Shown here: positions 19,055 to 29,412 of the stretch, piece by piece
How positions within the stretch are numbered: position 1 is the first letter of the stretch
Layout: each line of letters begins with the position of its first letter
Program-made: the position numbers and the translations under genes
Notes under the pieces: generated by a model
What the model was told of the DNA's origin: nothing
The model's input: the letters and a program-made list of their open reading frames with translations, nothing else
The model's database searches: none
Assembly: GCA_964645575.1 (NCBI GenBank)
Contig: CAZYAM010000001.1
Span: 31,965 to 95,964, forward strand
DNA from: an uncultured Ignavibacteriaceae bacterium
GTDB lineage: Bacteria > Bacteroidota > Ignavibacteria > UBA10030
Length of the DNA: 64,000 nucleotides
Direction: 5' to 3'

Positions 19055-19081
19055 TGAGCAGTCATGCACATTGAGTGCTTA
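19055..19081. promoter_or_regulatory. CIRCE-like HrcA operator
   Basis: TGAGCAGTC-N9-GAGTGCTTA versus consensus TTAGCACTC-N9-GAGTGCTAA (7/9 and 8/9 matches), about 55 nt upstream of hrcA. Confidence 0.5.
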
Positions 19082-19135
19082 CCTTGACAACGGAGCGTTT
19101 AATGGTTAATTTTGTATAGGAGACAAAGGTATTGT

Positions 19136-20185
19136 ATGGGAGAAATGACCGACAAGAATAAAAAGTTAAGTGAGCGTGAACAAAGCATTTTGCATCATGT
19201 GGTGTATAACTACATCCAGACGGCTATTCCGGTCGGTTCGCGGTATATCTCCAAGCATTTTGAATCAAGCTTAAGTCCTGCATCTATTCGGAATGTTATG
19301 GCGGACTTGGAAGAAATTGGCTTTTTATCTCATCCTCATACATCGGCAGGCAGGGTGCCGACTGATCTTGGCTATAGATTCTATATTGATTATCTGATGG
19401 AAATGCAGCAGCTCAGCGACGAGGAAAAACTGCGGATTCGTCAACAGCTGGATCAGGCAAATGATGCCGATGAGATGCTGCGTGAGACCTCGAAACTTCT
19501 CGGAAAGATCTCGCATCAACTTGGCATTGTAACATCGCCGCATCTCGGCAGCGGTATATTTGAAAAGATTGAACTTATTCCTATTACAAGTTCCAAGCTG
19601 CTCGTTGTGATTTCCATCCGCACCGGGATAGTTCGTACAATTATGATGGAGATAGGAGTGGAAATCCGGAGAGATCATCTTGACGAGGTCGGCAGATTAT
19701 TGAATGAACGGTTATCCGGATTAACACTGCTTGAAATCCGCGATTCATTTGCGGATCGTGTTCGGGATGTGACGGGTGAACATACAGGGCTAATACGCCT
19801 TTTTATTGAATCGGTTGATCAACTATTCACAGATTCCAAAGAACGGGATAAAGTTTTAATAGGCGGCACTAAAAATATTATTGATCACCCGGAATTTGTT
19901 GATCCTAAGAATTTTCGGTCTGTGATTGAATTAATCGAAAACGAGGACATTATCGTTCATCTTTTAGAAAAGCACGATGAACTTCAAAAAGGATTCGTTG
20001 TAACCATTGGATCAGAAAATAAAGACGAGACTGCGAAAGAATACAGCTTTATTACCGGAACATATGACGTAGAAGGAGTAACAGGACGGGTCGGTATTAT
20101 TGGCCCGACGCGCATGAATTACAGCAAAGTCATTCCCTTGGTGGATTATGTTGCTCAGACAATTGCAAAGATGTTAAGCGTATAA
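19136..20185 (+). CDS. hrcA: heat-inducible transcription repressor HrcA
   Basis: N-terminal winged helix (ILHHVVYNYIQTAIPVGSRYI) and GRVPTDLGYRFY. Heads the hrcA-grpE-dnaJ operon. Confidence 0.9.
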   Translation: MGEMTDKNKKLSEREQSILHHVVYNYIQTAIPVGSRYISKHFESSLSPASIRNVMADLEEIGFLSHPHTSAGRVPTDLGYRFYIDYLMEMQQLSDEEKLRIRQQLDQANDADEMLRETSKLLGKISHQLGIVTSPHLGSGIFEKIELIPITSSKLLVVISIRTGIVRTIMMEIGVEIRRDHLDEVGRLLNERLSGLTLLEIRDSFADRVRDVTGEHTGLIRLFIESVDQLFTDSKERDKVLIGGTKNIIDHPEFVDPKNFRSVIELIENEDIIVHLLEKHDELQKGFVVTIGSENKDETAKEYSFITGTYDVEGVTGRVGIIGPTRMNYSKVIPLVDYVAQTIAKMLSV

Positions 20186-20227
20186 AAGAATATTTTACAT
20201 TTGAATATCTAATATATTAAAGGAATT

Positions 20228-20839
20228 ATGGCAGAAAAAGAATTAGAAAACAATAATAACGGAACCGGAGAAGAATTAAAGTCGGAAACAGGTATTCCAC
20301 CTGAACTGCCGGAAGCGACTGAATCAGCTTTGCAGATGGAGGATCTTCAGAAACAAGTCAACCAGTATAAAGATTTATTACTGAGGAAAGCGGCAGAATT
20401 CGATAACTATCGCCGCCGGATTGAAAGTGAAACGTCTAATATTCTTAGGTATGCAACAGAATCGTTGGTAGAGGATTTACTGCCTGTGCTTGATGATTTC
20501 GAACGCTCGCTGAAGCATATGAAAGAAAGCAAGGAAAATGATGTGCTGGTGAAAGGTATTGAGTTGATTTATCAAAAACTCTTAAAAGTGCTGGAAGGGC
20601 GTGGTGTCAAGCCGTTCGATACAGTTGGAAAAGAGTTTAATGTTGATTATCATGACGCACTCCTGCAAATTCCTCGCAGTGATGTACCGAATCATACGAT
20701 TCTTGAAGAAGTTGAAAAAGGGTATACATTGAACGATAAAGTTCTTCGGCATGCAAAGGTAGTAGTTTCGTCCGTTCCAGATGAAGCGCCCAGCGAAACA
20801 GATCAAACAGAGACGTCAACCAGCGCTTCAGGAAAATAA
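20228..20839 (+). CDS. grpE: nucleotide exchange factor GrpE
   Basis: Coiled-coil RKAAEFDNYRRR and a C-terminal beta domain. Operon context. Confidence 0.95.
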   Translation: MAEKELENNNNGTGEELKSETGIPPELPEATESALQMEDLQKQVNQYKDLLLRKAAEFDNYRRRIESETSNILRYATESLVEDLLPVLDDFERSLKHMKESKENDVLVKGIELIYQKLLKVLEGRGVKPFDTVGKEFNVDYHDALLQIPRSDVPNHTILEEVEKGYTLNDKVLRHAKVVVSSVPDEAPSETDQTETSTSASGK

Positions 20840-20848
20840 ACAAAGACT

Positions 20849-22021
20849 ATGGCAAAAAGAGATTTTTACGAAATATTGGGAGTCGGACGCAATGCGACGC
20901 AGGATCAAATTAAAAAAGCGTATCGACAGATGGCAATGAAGTACCATCCTGATCGCAATGCTGGCAGTAAAGAAGCGGAAGAAAAGTTTAAGGAAGCAGC
21001 AGAAGCTTACGAAGTATTGGGCGATCCTGAAAAAAAGCAGCGCTACGACCAGTATGGACATGAAGGGCTGCGCGGTACGAATTACCGTGATTTCCACGAC
21101 ATTAATGATATATTCAGTACTTTTAGCGATGTTTTCTCCGGTGGTTTTGGCGGTTCGATTTTTGATGAAATGTTTACGGGCGGCCAGCGATCGCGGCGGC
21201 GTTCTTCTGCACAACACGGGCAGCCGGGTTCGGACCTGCGTGTCCGCCTTTCTTTGACGTTGGAAGAAATCGCCAGCGGCGTCGAAAAGAAAATAAAAAT
21301 AAAGCGTCAAAAAAAATGCGATATTTGCAACGGAAGCGGTGCAAAGACCTCGAGCGGAAAATCGACCTGTCCTCAGTGCGGCGGCAGCGGTGAGCTGCGG
21401 CAAGTGTCACGTTCAATGTTCGGCCAGTTTGTGAATATTACTACATGCCCTTCATGTGATGGCGAAGGACGTATTGTAAAAGATCCTTGTTCAAACTGCC
21501 GTGGAGAAGGACGTGTACAAGGCGAATCGACAATTAAAGTGAATGTGCCTGCCGGTGTAATGGAAGGGAATTATATTCCTCTTCAGGGCCAAGGAAATGC
21601 AGGGCGCCGGGGCGGCCCGGCCGGAGATCTAATCGTAGTAATTGAAGAAGAGCAGCATCAGCACTTCAAGCGAAATGGCGACGATATCATTTATGAACTA
21701 TGGATCGGTTATCCGGCGGCGGCGCTTGGCGGAGAGGTAGAAATTCCTACGCTTACAGGGAAAGCAAAGCTTACTATCGATCCAGGAACACCGGGAGGCA
21801 GGATGCTTAGAATGCGCGAGCACGGTATTCCGCATTTAAATAACTACGGACGCGGCGATGAACTTGTTCGCGTGAACGTATGGGTACCTGCAAAACTCAA
21901 TGCCAAGGAAAAAGAATTGCTGCGCAGTCTTTCAAACTGCGAGCATGTAAATCCAAGTGAGGAAGACCGTCTTAATACCGACAGGTCTTTCTTTGATAAA
22001 GTTAAAGATGTATTTTCCTAA
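20849..22021 (+). CDS. dnaJ: molecular chaperone DnaJ
   Basis: J domain with HPD (KYHPDRN), a G/F-rich region, and four CxxCxGxG zinc-finger repeats. Confidence 0.95.
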   Translation: MAKRDFYEILGVGRNATQDQIKKAYRQMAMKYHPDRNAGSKEAEEKFKEAAEAYEVLGDPEKKQRYDQYGHEGLRGTNYRDFHDINDIFSTFSDVFSGGFGGSIFDEMFTGGQRSRRRSSAQHGQPGSDLRVRLSLTLEEIASGVEKKIKIKRQKKCDICNGSGAKTSSGKSTCPQCGGSGELRQVSRSMFGQFVNITTCPSCDGEGRIVKDPCSNCRGEGRVQGESTIKVNVPAGVMEGNYIPLQGQGNAGRRGGPAGDLIVVIEEEQHQHFKRNGDDIIYELWIGYPAAALGGEVEIPTLTGKAKLTIDPGTPGGRMLRMREHGIPHLNNYGRGDELVRVNVWVPAKLNAKEKELLRSLSNCEHVNPSEEDRLNTDRSFFDKVKDVFS

Positions 22022-22027
22022 ACAGAT

Positions 22028-22447
22028 ATGTTGAATCGTATTGCGGAATGGCTGGCATTAACGAAAACCGAACGGAATGTAATTCTGTTTTTGGTTACAA
22101 CGATGATTATTGGTGCCGGAATTCGTTTATATCAGGCAGAATTTCGGGCTTTACCGCAGTTTAATTATCAAGCATCGGATAGTACGTTTACAGTACTAAG
22201 TGCGATATCGGAAGACAGTGTGAATGCTGTTTCAGCCGGCATTATGGCCGGAGAAAAGCTCAATATTAATATTGCGACAGAACAACAGCTGATAGATTTA
22301 CCCGGCATTGGTAAAGTCACAGCGGAACGTATTCTGGATTATCGAAAAGAAACAGGTGAATTCACTGCAATAGAAGATCTAATCGCTATTAAAGGAATAA
22401 GCAGAAGAAAATTGGAACGTCTCAGTTCTTTAATTACGACTAAATAG
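22028..22447 (+). CDS. ComEA-like helix-hairpin-helix DNA-binding protein
   Basis: N-terminal TM segment. C-terminal HhH pair LIDLPGIGKVTAERILDYR...IKGISRRKLERL. Confidence 0.8.
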   Translation: MLNRIAEWLALTKTERNVILFLVTTMIIGAGIRLYQAEFRALPQFNYQASDSTFTVLSAISEDSVNAVSAGIMAGEKLNINIATEQQLIDLPGIGKVTAERILDYRKETGEFTAIEDLIAIKGISRRKLERLSSLITTK

Positions 22448-22473
22448 CCATCATCCATCGAGAGATTCTAAAC

Positions 22474-23394
22474 ATGAAATCAACTTATTGTATCGGCTTT
22501 TCATTCCTTAGGGGAAAAATCCAATTAGCCGAGGTTGAGCATAAAAGGAAGAAGTCAATTGTTACCGTATTGGCTGAACGCGATACAACAATAGATATGA
22601 GCCGTATAGGGGCGACCATTTCGGCCGATCATCCAAATTTGAATATATTTATAAAAGAGTTAAGAGAAATGATGAGGCAGCATAAAATCTCAACGGAATA
22701 TATTTCATTTGCGCTGCCGCCCGATCCTCTTTTTATTAACATAATTCCTGTGGAACCCGGTCTAACCGGTAAAGATCTCACTCGCCATCTTCAGTGGGAA
22801 GTAGATCAATACTTTCCGCATACTTCACCTAGAGAATTTATTATCGATTCTCATGGATTGCCGCTGGAAAAAGCTGGTGCTAAGCAGACATTTATGGTTG
22901 CGGTGCGGCGGGGGATGGTGGCATTTTTACAGAAGGTCGTAACCGGATTAAAGATGAAGCTGAGTATTATTGATATTGACCAATTCAGCACAGAAAAGAC
23001 TCTCATAACTAACTATCCCGAAATACTGGAGCACGATATTGTTCTTATCGGGCTTTGTAAAAATGGTGTTGATGCAAGTCTCATTCATAAAGGGCAGATG
23101 ACGGACTATCGTTCATTCATTTATGACGGTGAGCCGTATCCCGACAAATACATTTTAGAATATCTGAAATACCTGAAGCAAAAAGATGATAGTACGCCGG
23201 CAGCTTTACTTTTGCATGGGATCGATGTTACAAAAAGTCTCGTTATGGCGCTTAGAACAACAACAGGGATTAAACAAACACTGGCGCTTAATCCATTTCG
23301 CAAACTTGTTGCTAAAAAACATCTCAATCCATTGTTTGTTCGAGACGGATACCGATTTTCTGCGGCGATCGGCCTGGCGTTGCGTACGAAATGA
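22474..23394 (+). CDS. hypothetical protein, PilM-like actin-fold pattern (tentative)
   Basis: The layout resembles PilM (IGF..., ALPPDP...I.V, QWEVDQYFP, IIDIDQFS), but there are no pilNOPQ neighbours. Confidence 0.4.
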   Translation: MKSTYCIGFSFLRGKIQLAEVEHKRKKSIVTVLAERDTTIDMSRIGATISADHPNLNIFIKELREMMRQHKISTEYISFALPPDPLFINIIPVEPGLTGKDLTRHLQWEVDQYFPHTSPREFIIDSHGLPLEKAGAKQTFMVAVRRGMVAFLQKVVTGLKMKLSIIDIDQFSTEKTLITNYPEILEHDIVLIGLCKNGVDASLIHKGQMTDYRSFIYDGEPYPDKYILEYLKYLKQKDDSTPAALLLHGIDVTKSLVMALRTTTGIKQTLALNPFRKLVAKKHLNPLFVRDGYRFSAAIGLALRTK

Positions 23395-23966
23395 GAATTA
23401 TCGCTGGTAACCTTCGAGGCCGCTTACTTAAGTCGGTTCATGATTTATCCGTCCGCCCAACAACAGATCGTGCGAAGCAGACGATTTTTGATATTCTATC
23501 AAACCGTACTGTTTTTGATGATCTGGAAGTACTAGATCTATTTGCCGGCAGCGGCAGCCTCGGTCTGGAAGCAATCAGCCGGGGCGTGAGGAGTGTTACG
23601 TTCATAGATAAATCAAGGAAATCGCTGAACATACTGGAAAATAATGTTAAATCGCTGGGGTGTAAATCGCAATGTTCTTTATATCAAGCGGATGTATTTT
23701 GGTATCTGAAGAATATTAAACGGGCATACGACCTGGTTTTTGTAGATCCGCCGTATAAGCTGGAAAATATAGGTTTATTGCCTAATGCTGTATATGATTC
23801 AGCAGCAGTGCGTAATGGTTCCTATGTTGTAATGGAACACAGCCGTGAATCCGTAATAGAATTGGATGAACATAAATATGAAATCCTTAAAAAAACGTTT
23901 GGCCAAACGACCGTATTGATTCTGAAAGCCTTTGTTCCACCTGTTAAATTCAAGGACGTGAAATGA
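23391..23966 (+). CDS. rsmD: 16S rRNA (guanine966-N2)-methyltransferase RsmD
   Basis: RPTTDR, SAM motif DLFAGSGSLGLEA, DPPY motif. Overlaps neighbours by 4 nt. Confidence 0.85.
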   Translation: MRIIAGNLRGRLLKSVHDLSVRPTTDRAKQTIFDILSNRTVFDDLEVLDLFAGSGSLGLEAISRGVRSVTFIDKSRKSLNILENNVKSLGCKSQCSLYQADVFWYLKNIKRAYDLVFVDPPYKLENIGLLPNAVYDSAAVRNGSYVVMEHSRESVIELDEHKYEILKKTFGQTTVLILKAFVPPVKFKDVK

Positions 23967-24460
23967 AAATTGCCATATATCCCGGAACATTCGATCCCGT
24001 AACAAATGGACATCTGGATATTATTGAACGGGCGCTAAAGCTTTTCGATAAAGTCATTATTTCTGTTGCTTGGGACACAACAAAGAATCCGTTCTTCAGC
24101 GAAGAAGAGCGCGTATCGCTTCTTAAACAAGTAACGAAGCGCTACAAGAATGTTGAGGTCGATTCTTTTCAAGGACTATTAGTGGATTATGCACGACAGA
24201 GGAAAGCGATCGCTGTTGTTCGCGGTCTTCGGGCAATGACGGACTTTGAGTACGAACTGCAGATGGCTCTGATGAACAGGAAGTTGGATGAGAAGATGGA
24301 GACCGTTTTTCTTATGCCGAACGAAAAATATACATATCTAAGTTCCAATATAGTCCGTGAAATTGCACGACTCGGCGGTAATGTGAGCAAACTGGTGCCG
24401 CCAATTGTGAATAAAGCGCTTCGACAGAAAAAGGATTATTCCGCGAAGTCTTTTAAATAA
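23963..24460 (+). CDS. coaD: phosphopantetheine adenylyltransferase
   Basis: YPGTFDPVTNGHLDII and SSNIVREI motifs. Confidence 0.95.
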   Translation: MKIAIYPGTFDPVTNGHLDIIERALKLFDKVIISVAWDTTKNPFFSEEERVSLLKQVTKRYKNVEVDSFQGLLVDYARQRKAIAVVRGLRAMTDFEYELQMALMNRKLDEKMETVFLMPNEKYTYLSSNIVREIARLGGNVSKLVPPIVNKALRQKKDYSAKSFK

Positions 24461-24489
24461 TTTCAAAAATAAATCGGCAACAATACATG

Positions 24490-25977
24490 CTATAGAATCG
24501 GTATCCGGACGATAAATGTGCTTCCTTTGCCTTCTCTGCTTCTTATTTCGATTGAACCATTATGTGCTTCCGCAATCCATTTAGCGATGGAAAGGCCGAG
24601 GCCGCTACCGGAAGGACTTTCATTGTTTCGGGAGTTTTTATCTGCGCGGTAAAATCGCTCGAATATTTTACTTTGTTCCTTTCGTGGAATTCCGATGCCG
24701 TTGTCCTTTATCATGATGACCGCATTATCGGTTTCTCTTTTTAATGAAAGTGTTACAAGTCCATGTGGTCGTGAGTATTTTATTGCATTATCGATAAGGT
24801 TCAAGAAAAGCTGTTTCAAACGCGCAGCGTCTCCTTTGATATGCAACTCTTCAGAGTGATCTAATTTTACCTTTATCTTTTTTGTTTCTGCAAGTACTTG
24901 TGCCTCTTCAAAAATCTGACGTATGAATTCATCCAGTGCGACCGGCTGCAAGTTGAATACCAGCCGTCCTGTATCGGATTTTACAAGGCTCATCAGGCTT
25001 TCAACAATCGAGGAGAGACGGACTAATTCATCGTTCATGCTCGTGAAAAGCTCGCGTGCCTGTTTGGACATCCGCTGGTTGCGCAGTGCGACTTCAATTT
25101 CGCCGCGCATAATGGTGAGAGGCGTTCGTAACTCGTGTGATGCGTCCGAGGAGAATTGCTGAATTTGTACGAATGATGCCTGCAAACGGCTGATCATATC
25201 GTTGAATTGTTCTGTAAGCCGGCCAAGTTCATCGTTAACTCGAAGTGTAGGAAGCCGGCGGTTAAGATTTTGAGCAGTAATCTCTTTTGCAGTCTTTGTC
25301 AGTTCATCAACGGGCTTCAGCGATTTATGCGCCAAAAACCATCCCCCAATAACAGAGATTAACAAAGCTAATGGTGTAATGAAGAGAAAGTTATAGAAAA
25401 CATTGTCTGTGACTTCATAGATCGGTTCCAGCGGATATGCCACAAAAATCTTGACATAGTCGTTTTGTGTTAATGCGAGACGAATCTGCTGGTCGTCCGG
25501 GCCCTTTGTAGTGACAACGTTGATCCATTGATACGGAATGTCGCTGTAGTCAATTGTGTGACCACGCAGGCTTTGAGATCGGTACAATAAATCGCCGTTA
25601 CGGTCAAGAATCAAAATGTAATGGCGCCTCGGACTGAGCAGGGTATGCTTGTAAATCCGATTCCACATCTCGTCTATTTCGGTACGCTCGCCTGAGCTTG
25701 TATCAATTACTTCCGGTTGTTCCTCCTGCTGTGCGGCGCTCCGTTTGAGCTCCTGCAGTTCCTTAAGCGCGGCACGTTTTATTTTTACTTTCTTCGCTTT
25801 CGGTTCAATGAATTCGTTTACCCATTTCACTTCGTTCTTTAACGAATAATCCAGATTATCGAGAAGTGAGGACCGTGAAGCGACATATGCAATTATGCCC
25901 GAAGAAAGAAGTGTGATGCCGAGAATTGCTGCATACCACAACGATAGTTTTGTACGGATGGAATGAAATATTTTCAT
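24490..25977 (-). CDS. sensor histidine kinase (2 TM, HAMP, HisKA, HATPase_c)
   Basis: H-box ASHELRTPLT, N-box LIDNAIKYS, G-boxes DNGIGI and GSGLGLSI. Confidence 0.85.
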   Translation of the reverse strand: MKIFHSIRTKLSLWYAAILGITLLSSGIIAYVASRSSLLDNLDYSLKNEVKWVNEFIEPKAKKVKIKRAALKELQELKRSAAQQEEQPEVIDTSSGERTEIDEMWNRIYKHTLLSPRRHYILILDRNGDLLYRSQSLRGHTIDYSDIPYQWINVVTTKGPDDQQIRLALTQNDYVKIFVAYPLEPIYEVTDNVFYNFLFITPLALLISVIGGWFLAHKSLKPVDELTKTAKEITAQNLNRRLPTLRVNDELGRLTEQFNDMISRLQASFVQIQQFSSDASHELRTPLTIMRGEIEVALRNQRMSKQARELFTSMNDELVRLSSIVESLMSLVKSDTGRLVFNLQPVALDEFIRQIFEEAQVLAETKKIKVKLDHSEELHIKGDAARLKQLFLNLIDNAIKYSRPHGLVTLSLKRETDNAVIMIKDNGIGIPRKEQSKIFERFYRADKNSRNNESPSGSGLGLSIAKWIAEAHNGSIEIRSREGKGSTFIVRIPIL

Positions 25978-26687
25978 GCGGACTTGCCCGCCGCTATTCC
26001 TTTGCCGGGATTGAATGATAATTTTTTCTCAGATAGATAATACCCTTTGCCGCGTTCAGTCTGAATAAGCTTCACCGAGAAGTCGGCATCGATTTTTTTT
26101 CGCAGGTGATTGACATACACATCTACGACATTTGTACCCGGGTCAAAATTATACCCCCATATATCTCTTGAAAGCTCCAATCGTGAAATTAATTTGCCGC
26201 GGTGACGTAAAAAATATTCGATGAGAGCATACTCACGCACAGTCAGCTCAATGGGAGTACCGGAACGGCTTACTTTATGTGCAATCGTGTCTAAAACAAG
26301 ATCGGCATATTTGAGTTTTGTCTTGACTGTTCCCCGGCGCATTAATGAACGAATTCGTGCTAATAACACATTAAAAGCAAATGGTTTCGTCAAGTAATCG
26401 TCTGCACCCTGGTCGAGTCCGCCAACAATATCCTCCGTTGCACTGCGGGCTGTCAGCATTAATATAGGAATTCGAATTTCATCTTTCCGCAAATCGCGCA
26501 GGATTTCAAAACCGTTTTTCTTGGGCAGTAAAACATCCAGCAGTATGATATCATATACTTCTGTTCGAGCACATTTCTCGCCGGTCTTCCCGTCTGCGGC
26601 AGTATCAACTTCATGGCCTTCTGCCTCCAGGCCTTTTTTCAGAAAACGGGCAACCTTCTTTTCATCCTCGATTACGAGGATACGCAT
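25974..26687 (-). CDS. OmpR-family response regulator
   Basis: REC domain (DD, D at LLDVLLP, K at TKPF) plus winged-helix Trans_reg_C (RGKGY). 4-nt overlap with the kinase. Confidence 0.9.
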   Translation of the reverse strand: MRILVIEDEKKVARFLKKGLEAEGHEVDTAADGKTGEKCARTEVYDIILLDVLLPKKNGFEILRDLRKDEIRIPILMLTARSATEDIVGGLDQGADDYLTKPFAFNVLLARIRSLMRRGTVKTKLKYADLVLDTIAHKVSRSGTPIELTVREYALIEYFLRHRGKLISRLELSRDIWGYNFDPGTNVVDVYVNHLRKKIDADFSVKLIQTERGKGYYLSEKKLSFNPGKGIAAGKSA

Positions 26688-27034
26688 ATCTATCTTTCTT
26701 TTGATTAAGTAGTTAAGATATCATACTTGGGGAAGTTACTTGTTTATCGTAAAAGTGTCAAATGGGAAAAAAGAAAACCGAATAACAGAAATACTAAAGC
26801 AGTAATAGGGACAAGTTGTGGATTCATTATTCAAGGTCACTATCGTGAAGTTGGATTTCTTATCTTTACATTAAAAGGAATAATTATTGGAAAAATCAAA
26901 TTAATCGATGAAAAACTATTAATCCCATCATTTTTGAATCCGATACTTTTTTCCATATATTTTTGCTGATTAATGATTATTTTCCATAAAGAGCACGTCG
27001 TATATTTATATCAATTAAATTAAGAGATAAACCT

Positions 27035-27892
27035 ATGCAAAGAATAATACTTATCGTTATAACAGCATTTCTCTTTGAAGGTTGTATCCAAACCATTGCA
27101 CTGCGTTCGATGGGCGGTATTCTTGATAATGGATTGGCATCGTTCAATGAGGAATCGGATTTACAGCTTGCACATGAGGCGTTTGGGAGCAATCTCAAAC
27201 TCATCGAAGCAATGATTAAAAGTGACCCGGACAATGAACGGTTTCTTCTCTTTGCAGCACAAGGATATAATTCCTACGCTCTGGCTTTCTGTGAAGACGA
27301 TAGTGTCGAACGTGCCCGCATATTTTATCTACGTGCTAAAGAATATGGTATGCGCATTCTGGAAAGAAATGATAATTTTAAAAATGCATTAGACGGTGAT
27401 ATTACAGAGTTTTGGGATGCCGTGAAAACTTTTAAGAAGGAAGATGTCCCGGCAATTTTTTGGACGGCATTTAGCTGGGGAAGCTACATCAACATTACCA
27501 GGACCGATGTTGCAGGACTTGCCGATTTGAGCAAAGTGCAAGCTCTCATTGAATTCGTAGCTGAAAAAGATCCTTCATATTATCATGGAGGAGCATATTT
27601 ATTTCTTGGCACGATTGAAGGCGTCACCCCTAGATCTCTTGGCGGGAATCCTAACAAATCGAAGGAGTATTTTGAAAAATGCCTTCAAATCAACGGAGGT
27701 AAATTTTTAATGACGCAATTATATTATGCACGGACATACGCTGTGACGACACAGAACCGACCGTTATTTGAATCGTTATTGAAACAGATAGAAGAGGCGT
27801 CCCTGGATATCTTACCGGAAGCTCGGCTTGCAAACGTAGTTGCGAAACAGAAAGCACGAAAGTTATTGTCACAGGAAAATGAACTGTTTTAA
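27035..27892 (+). CDS. TRAP-transporter-associated TPR lipoprotein (TatT family)
   Basis: Lipobox FLFEGC. All-helical TPR-like sequence immediately upstream of the TRAP P/Q/M genes, as in TPAT systems. Confidence 0.7.
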   Translation: MQRIILIVITAFLFEGCIQTIALRSMGGILDNGLASFNEESDLQLAHEAFGSNLKLIEAMIKSDPDNERFLLFAAQGYNSYALAFCEDDSVERARIFYLRAKEYGMRILERNDNFKNALDGDITEFWDAVKTFKKEDVPAIFWTAFSWGSYINITRTDVAGLADLSKVQALIEFVAEKDPSYYHGGAYLFLGTIEGVTPRSLGGNPNKSKEYFEKCLQINGGKFLMTQLYYARTYAVTTQNRPLFESLLKQIEEASLDILPEARLANVVAKQKARKLLSQENELF

Positions 27893-27916
27893 TTAATCGT
27901 AAAGGATATAATTCAA

Positions 27917-28918
27917 ATGAGAAATCTAAGCTTAATTTTCATATTTACCTTTTTATTCACAGTATGTTACAGCCAGCAGTATATTATTAAATTTGCGACC
28001 GTTGCTCCGGAAGGCACTTCATGGATGAACGTAATGAGAGAATATGATGCCGCTGTTCGTAAGGAAAGTGGAGGACGCATCGGTTTTAGAATGTATGCAA
28101 GTAATATACAAGGAGATGAAAAAACTGTCATTCGAAAAATAGGCGTAGGGCAACTGCAGGCGGCGGGATTCACAGGAGTCGGACTGGGAGAAATTGCACC
28201 TAAAGTAAGGATCCTTGATACACCGTTTCTAATTCGAAATAGCGAAGAAGCAGATAACTTAATCCAGGTGTTTGATCAAGAATTTCAACAAGCAATTGAG
28301 GCTGGCGGATATATCCTGCTTGGCTGGGCAGAAGTTGGATTTGTATATGTTTTTAGCAATTCTCCGATTAAAAAACCGGAAGATATCAAACAGCTTAAAA
28401 TGTGGGTGTGGGACGGTGATCCGGTTGCAGAAATATCGTTCAGGGCATTGGATTTGAACCCGATTCCTCTTTCTCTTGACAACGTACGTACATCGCTTCA
28501 GACAGGTCTCATTAATGCTTTCTATACAACTCCGTATGCCGCAATCGCGATGCAATGGTATACGCAGGCAAAATATTTGGTTGATTACCCCCTCACCTGT
28601 TCAGCAGGTGCGGTGCTTATATCGAAGAAATATTTTGATAATCTTCCCGAGGATCTTCAGGAAATACTTGTTCGAAATGGCCGTCTTTATATGAATAAAC
28701 TTATTAAAGTGGGGCGTCAGGATAATAAGACCTCTCTTACCGAGTTAAGGAAACGAGGAATAATATTCACAAAGGCAGATAATGAAGGAATTCAGGAATA
28801 TATTGCGGCTGGACTGCGGGCACGCAGGATGCTTGTTGGAAGAATGTACGATGAAGACTTCATGAATCGTGTTGAGAAAGCAGCTGAAGATTTCAGAAAG
28901 AATAAAAATAAGAAATGA
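27917..28918 (+). CDS. TRAP transporter substrate-binding protein (DctP family)
   Basis: Signal peptide and DctP-like pattern. Operon with the Q and M subunits. Confidence 0.85.
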   Translation: MRNLSLIFIFTFLFTVCYSQQYIIKFATVAPEGTSWMNVMREYDAAVRKESGGRIGFRMYASNIQGDEKTVIRKIGVGQLQAAGFTGVGLGEIAPKVRILDTPFLIRNSEEADNLIQVFDQEFQQAIEAGGYILLGWAEVGFVYVFSNSPIKKPEDIKQLKMWVWDGDPVAEISFRALDLNPIPLSLDNVRTSLQTGLINAFYTTPYAAIAMQWYTQAKYLVDYPLTCSAGAVLISKKYFDNLPEDLQEILVRNGRLYMNKLIKVGRQDNKTSLTELRKRGIIFTKADNEGIQEYIAAGLRARRMLVGRMYDEDFMNRVEKAAEDFRKNKNKK

Positions 28919-29412
28919 AAATACTTAAAACTATCGACTCTGTTTTCAATAAGATTGAAGGAGCGCTGCTCATTTTTCTCCTACTCGTCATGCTTTTTAT
29001 GGCATTCGGACAAGTAGTATTGCGTAATTTCTTTTCCGGCGGTATTGTCTGGGGAGATATTCTACTTCGCCACCTCGTATTATGGATCGGTTTTCTCGGA
29101 GCAGCGCTTGCTACGAGCGGCGAGCGTCATTTAAATATCGATATTCTTACACGGTACCTTCCCGGGCGGCTTAAAGGAGCAGTAGCGGCTCTGTCTAATG
29201 TCTTTGCAGCCGTAATATGTTTTCTCTTGTTTCGTGCGTCGTTGACGTTTATCGAATTCGAGATTTCTAATAACAGTACCGTGTTTGCCGAAGTACCTTC
29301 CTGGTATGCTCAGATTATTATTCCGGCCGGATTCGGCTTACTGGCATTTCATTTTATTGTTCGTGCGATTCTTGATGCAGGTAAAGCTCTGCAGAAAGGA
29401 GCGCCGGCATGA
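28915..29412 (+). CDS. TRAP transporter small permease (DctQ family)
   Basis: 165 aa, 4 TM. 4-nt overlaps on both sides. Confidence 0.8.
   Translation: MKILKTIDSVFNKIEGALLIFLLLVMLFMAFGQVVLRNFFSGGIVWGDILLRHLVLWIGFLGAALATSGERHLNIDILTRYLPGRLKGAVAALSNVFAAVICFLLFRASLTFIEFEISNNSTVFAEVPSWYAQIIIPAGFGLLAFHFIVRAILDAGKALQKGAPA

Noticed and set aside
20828-21403. 191-aa ORF antisense to dnaJ. Similar long shadow ORFs occur at 56020-56865 (antisense to amtB), 42274-42744 (antisense to the SPFH gene) and 30638-31453 (alternate frame of the MFS gene).
   Set aside because: Each lies entirely inside a strongly supported gene. The translations are low-complexity or Arg/Ser/Cys-rich with no motifs. They are typical shadow ORFs.
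26727-26969. 80-aa ORF in the divergent promoter region between the OmpR-type regulator and tatT.
   Set aside because: No RBS, AT-rich low-complexity translation, and it lies in an obvious promoter spacer.
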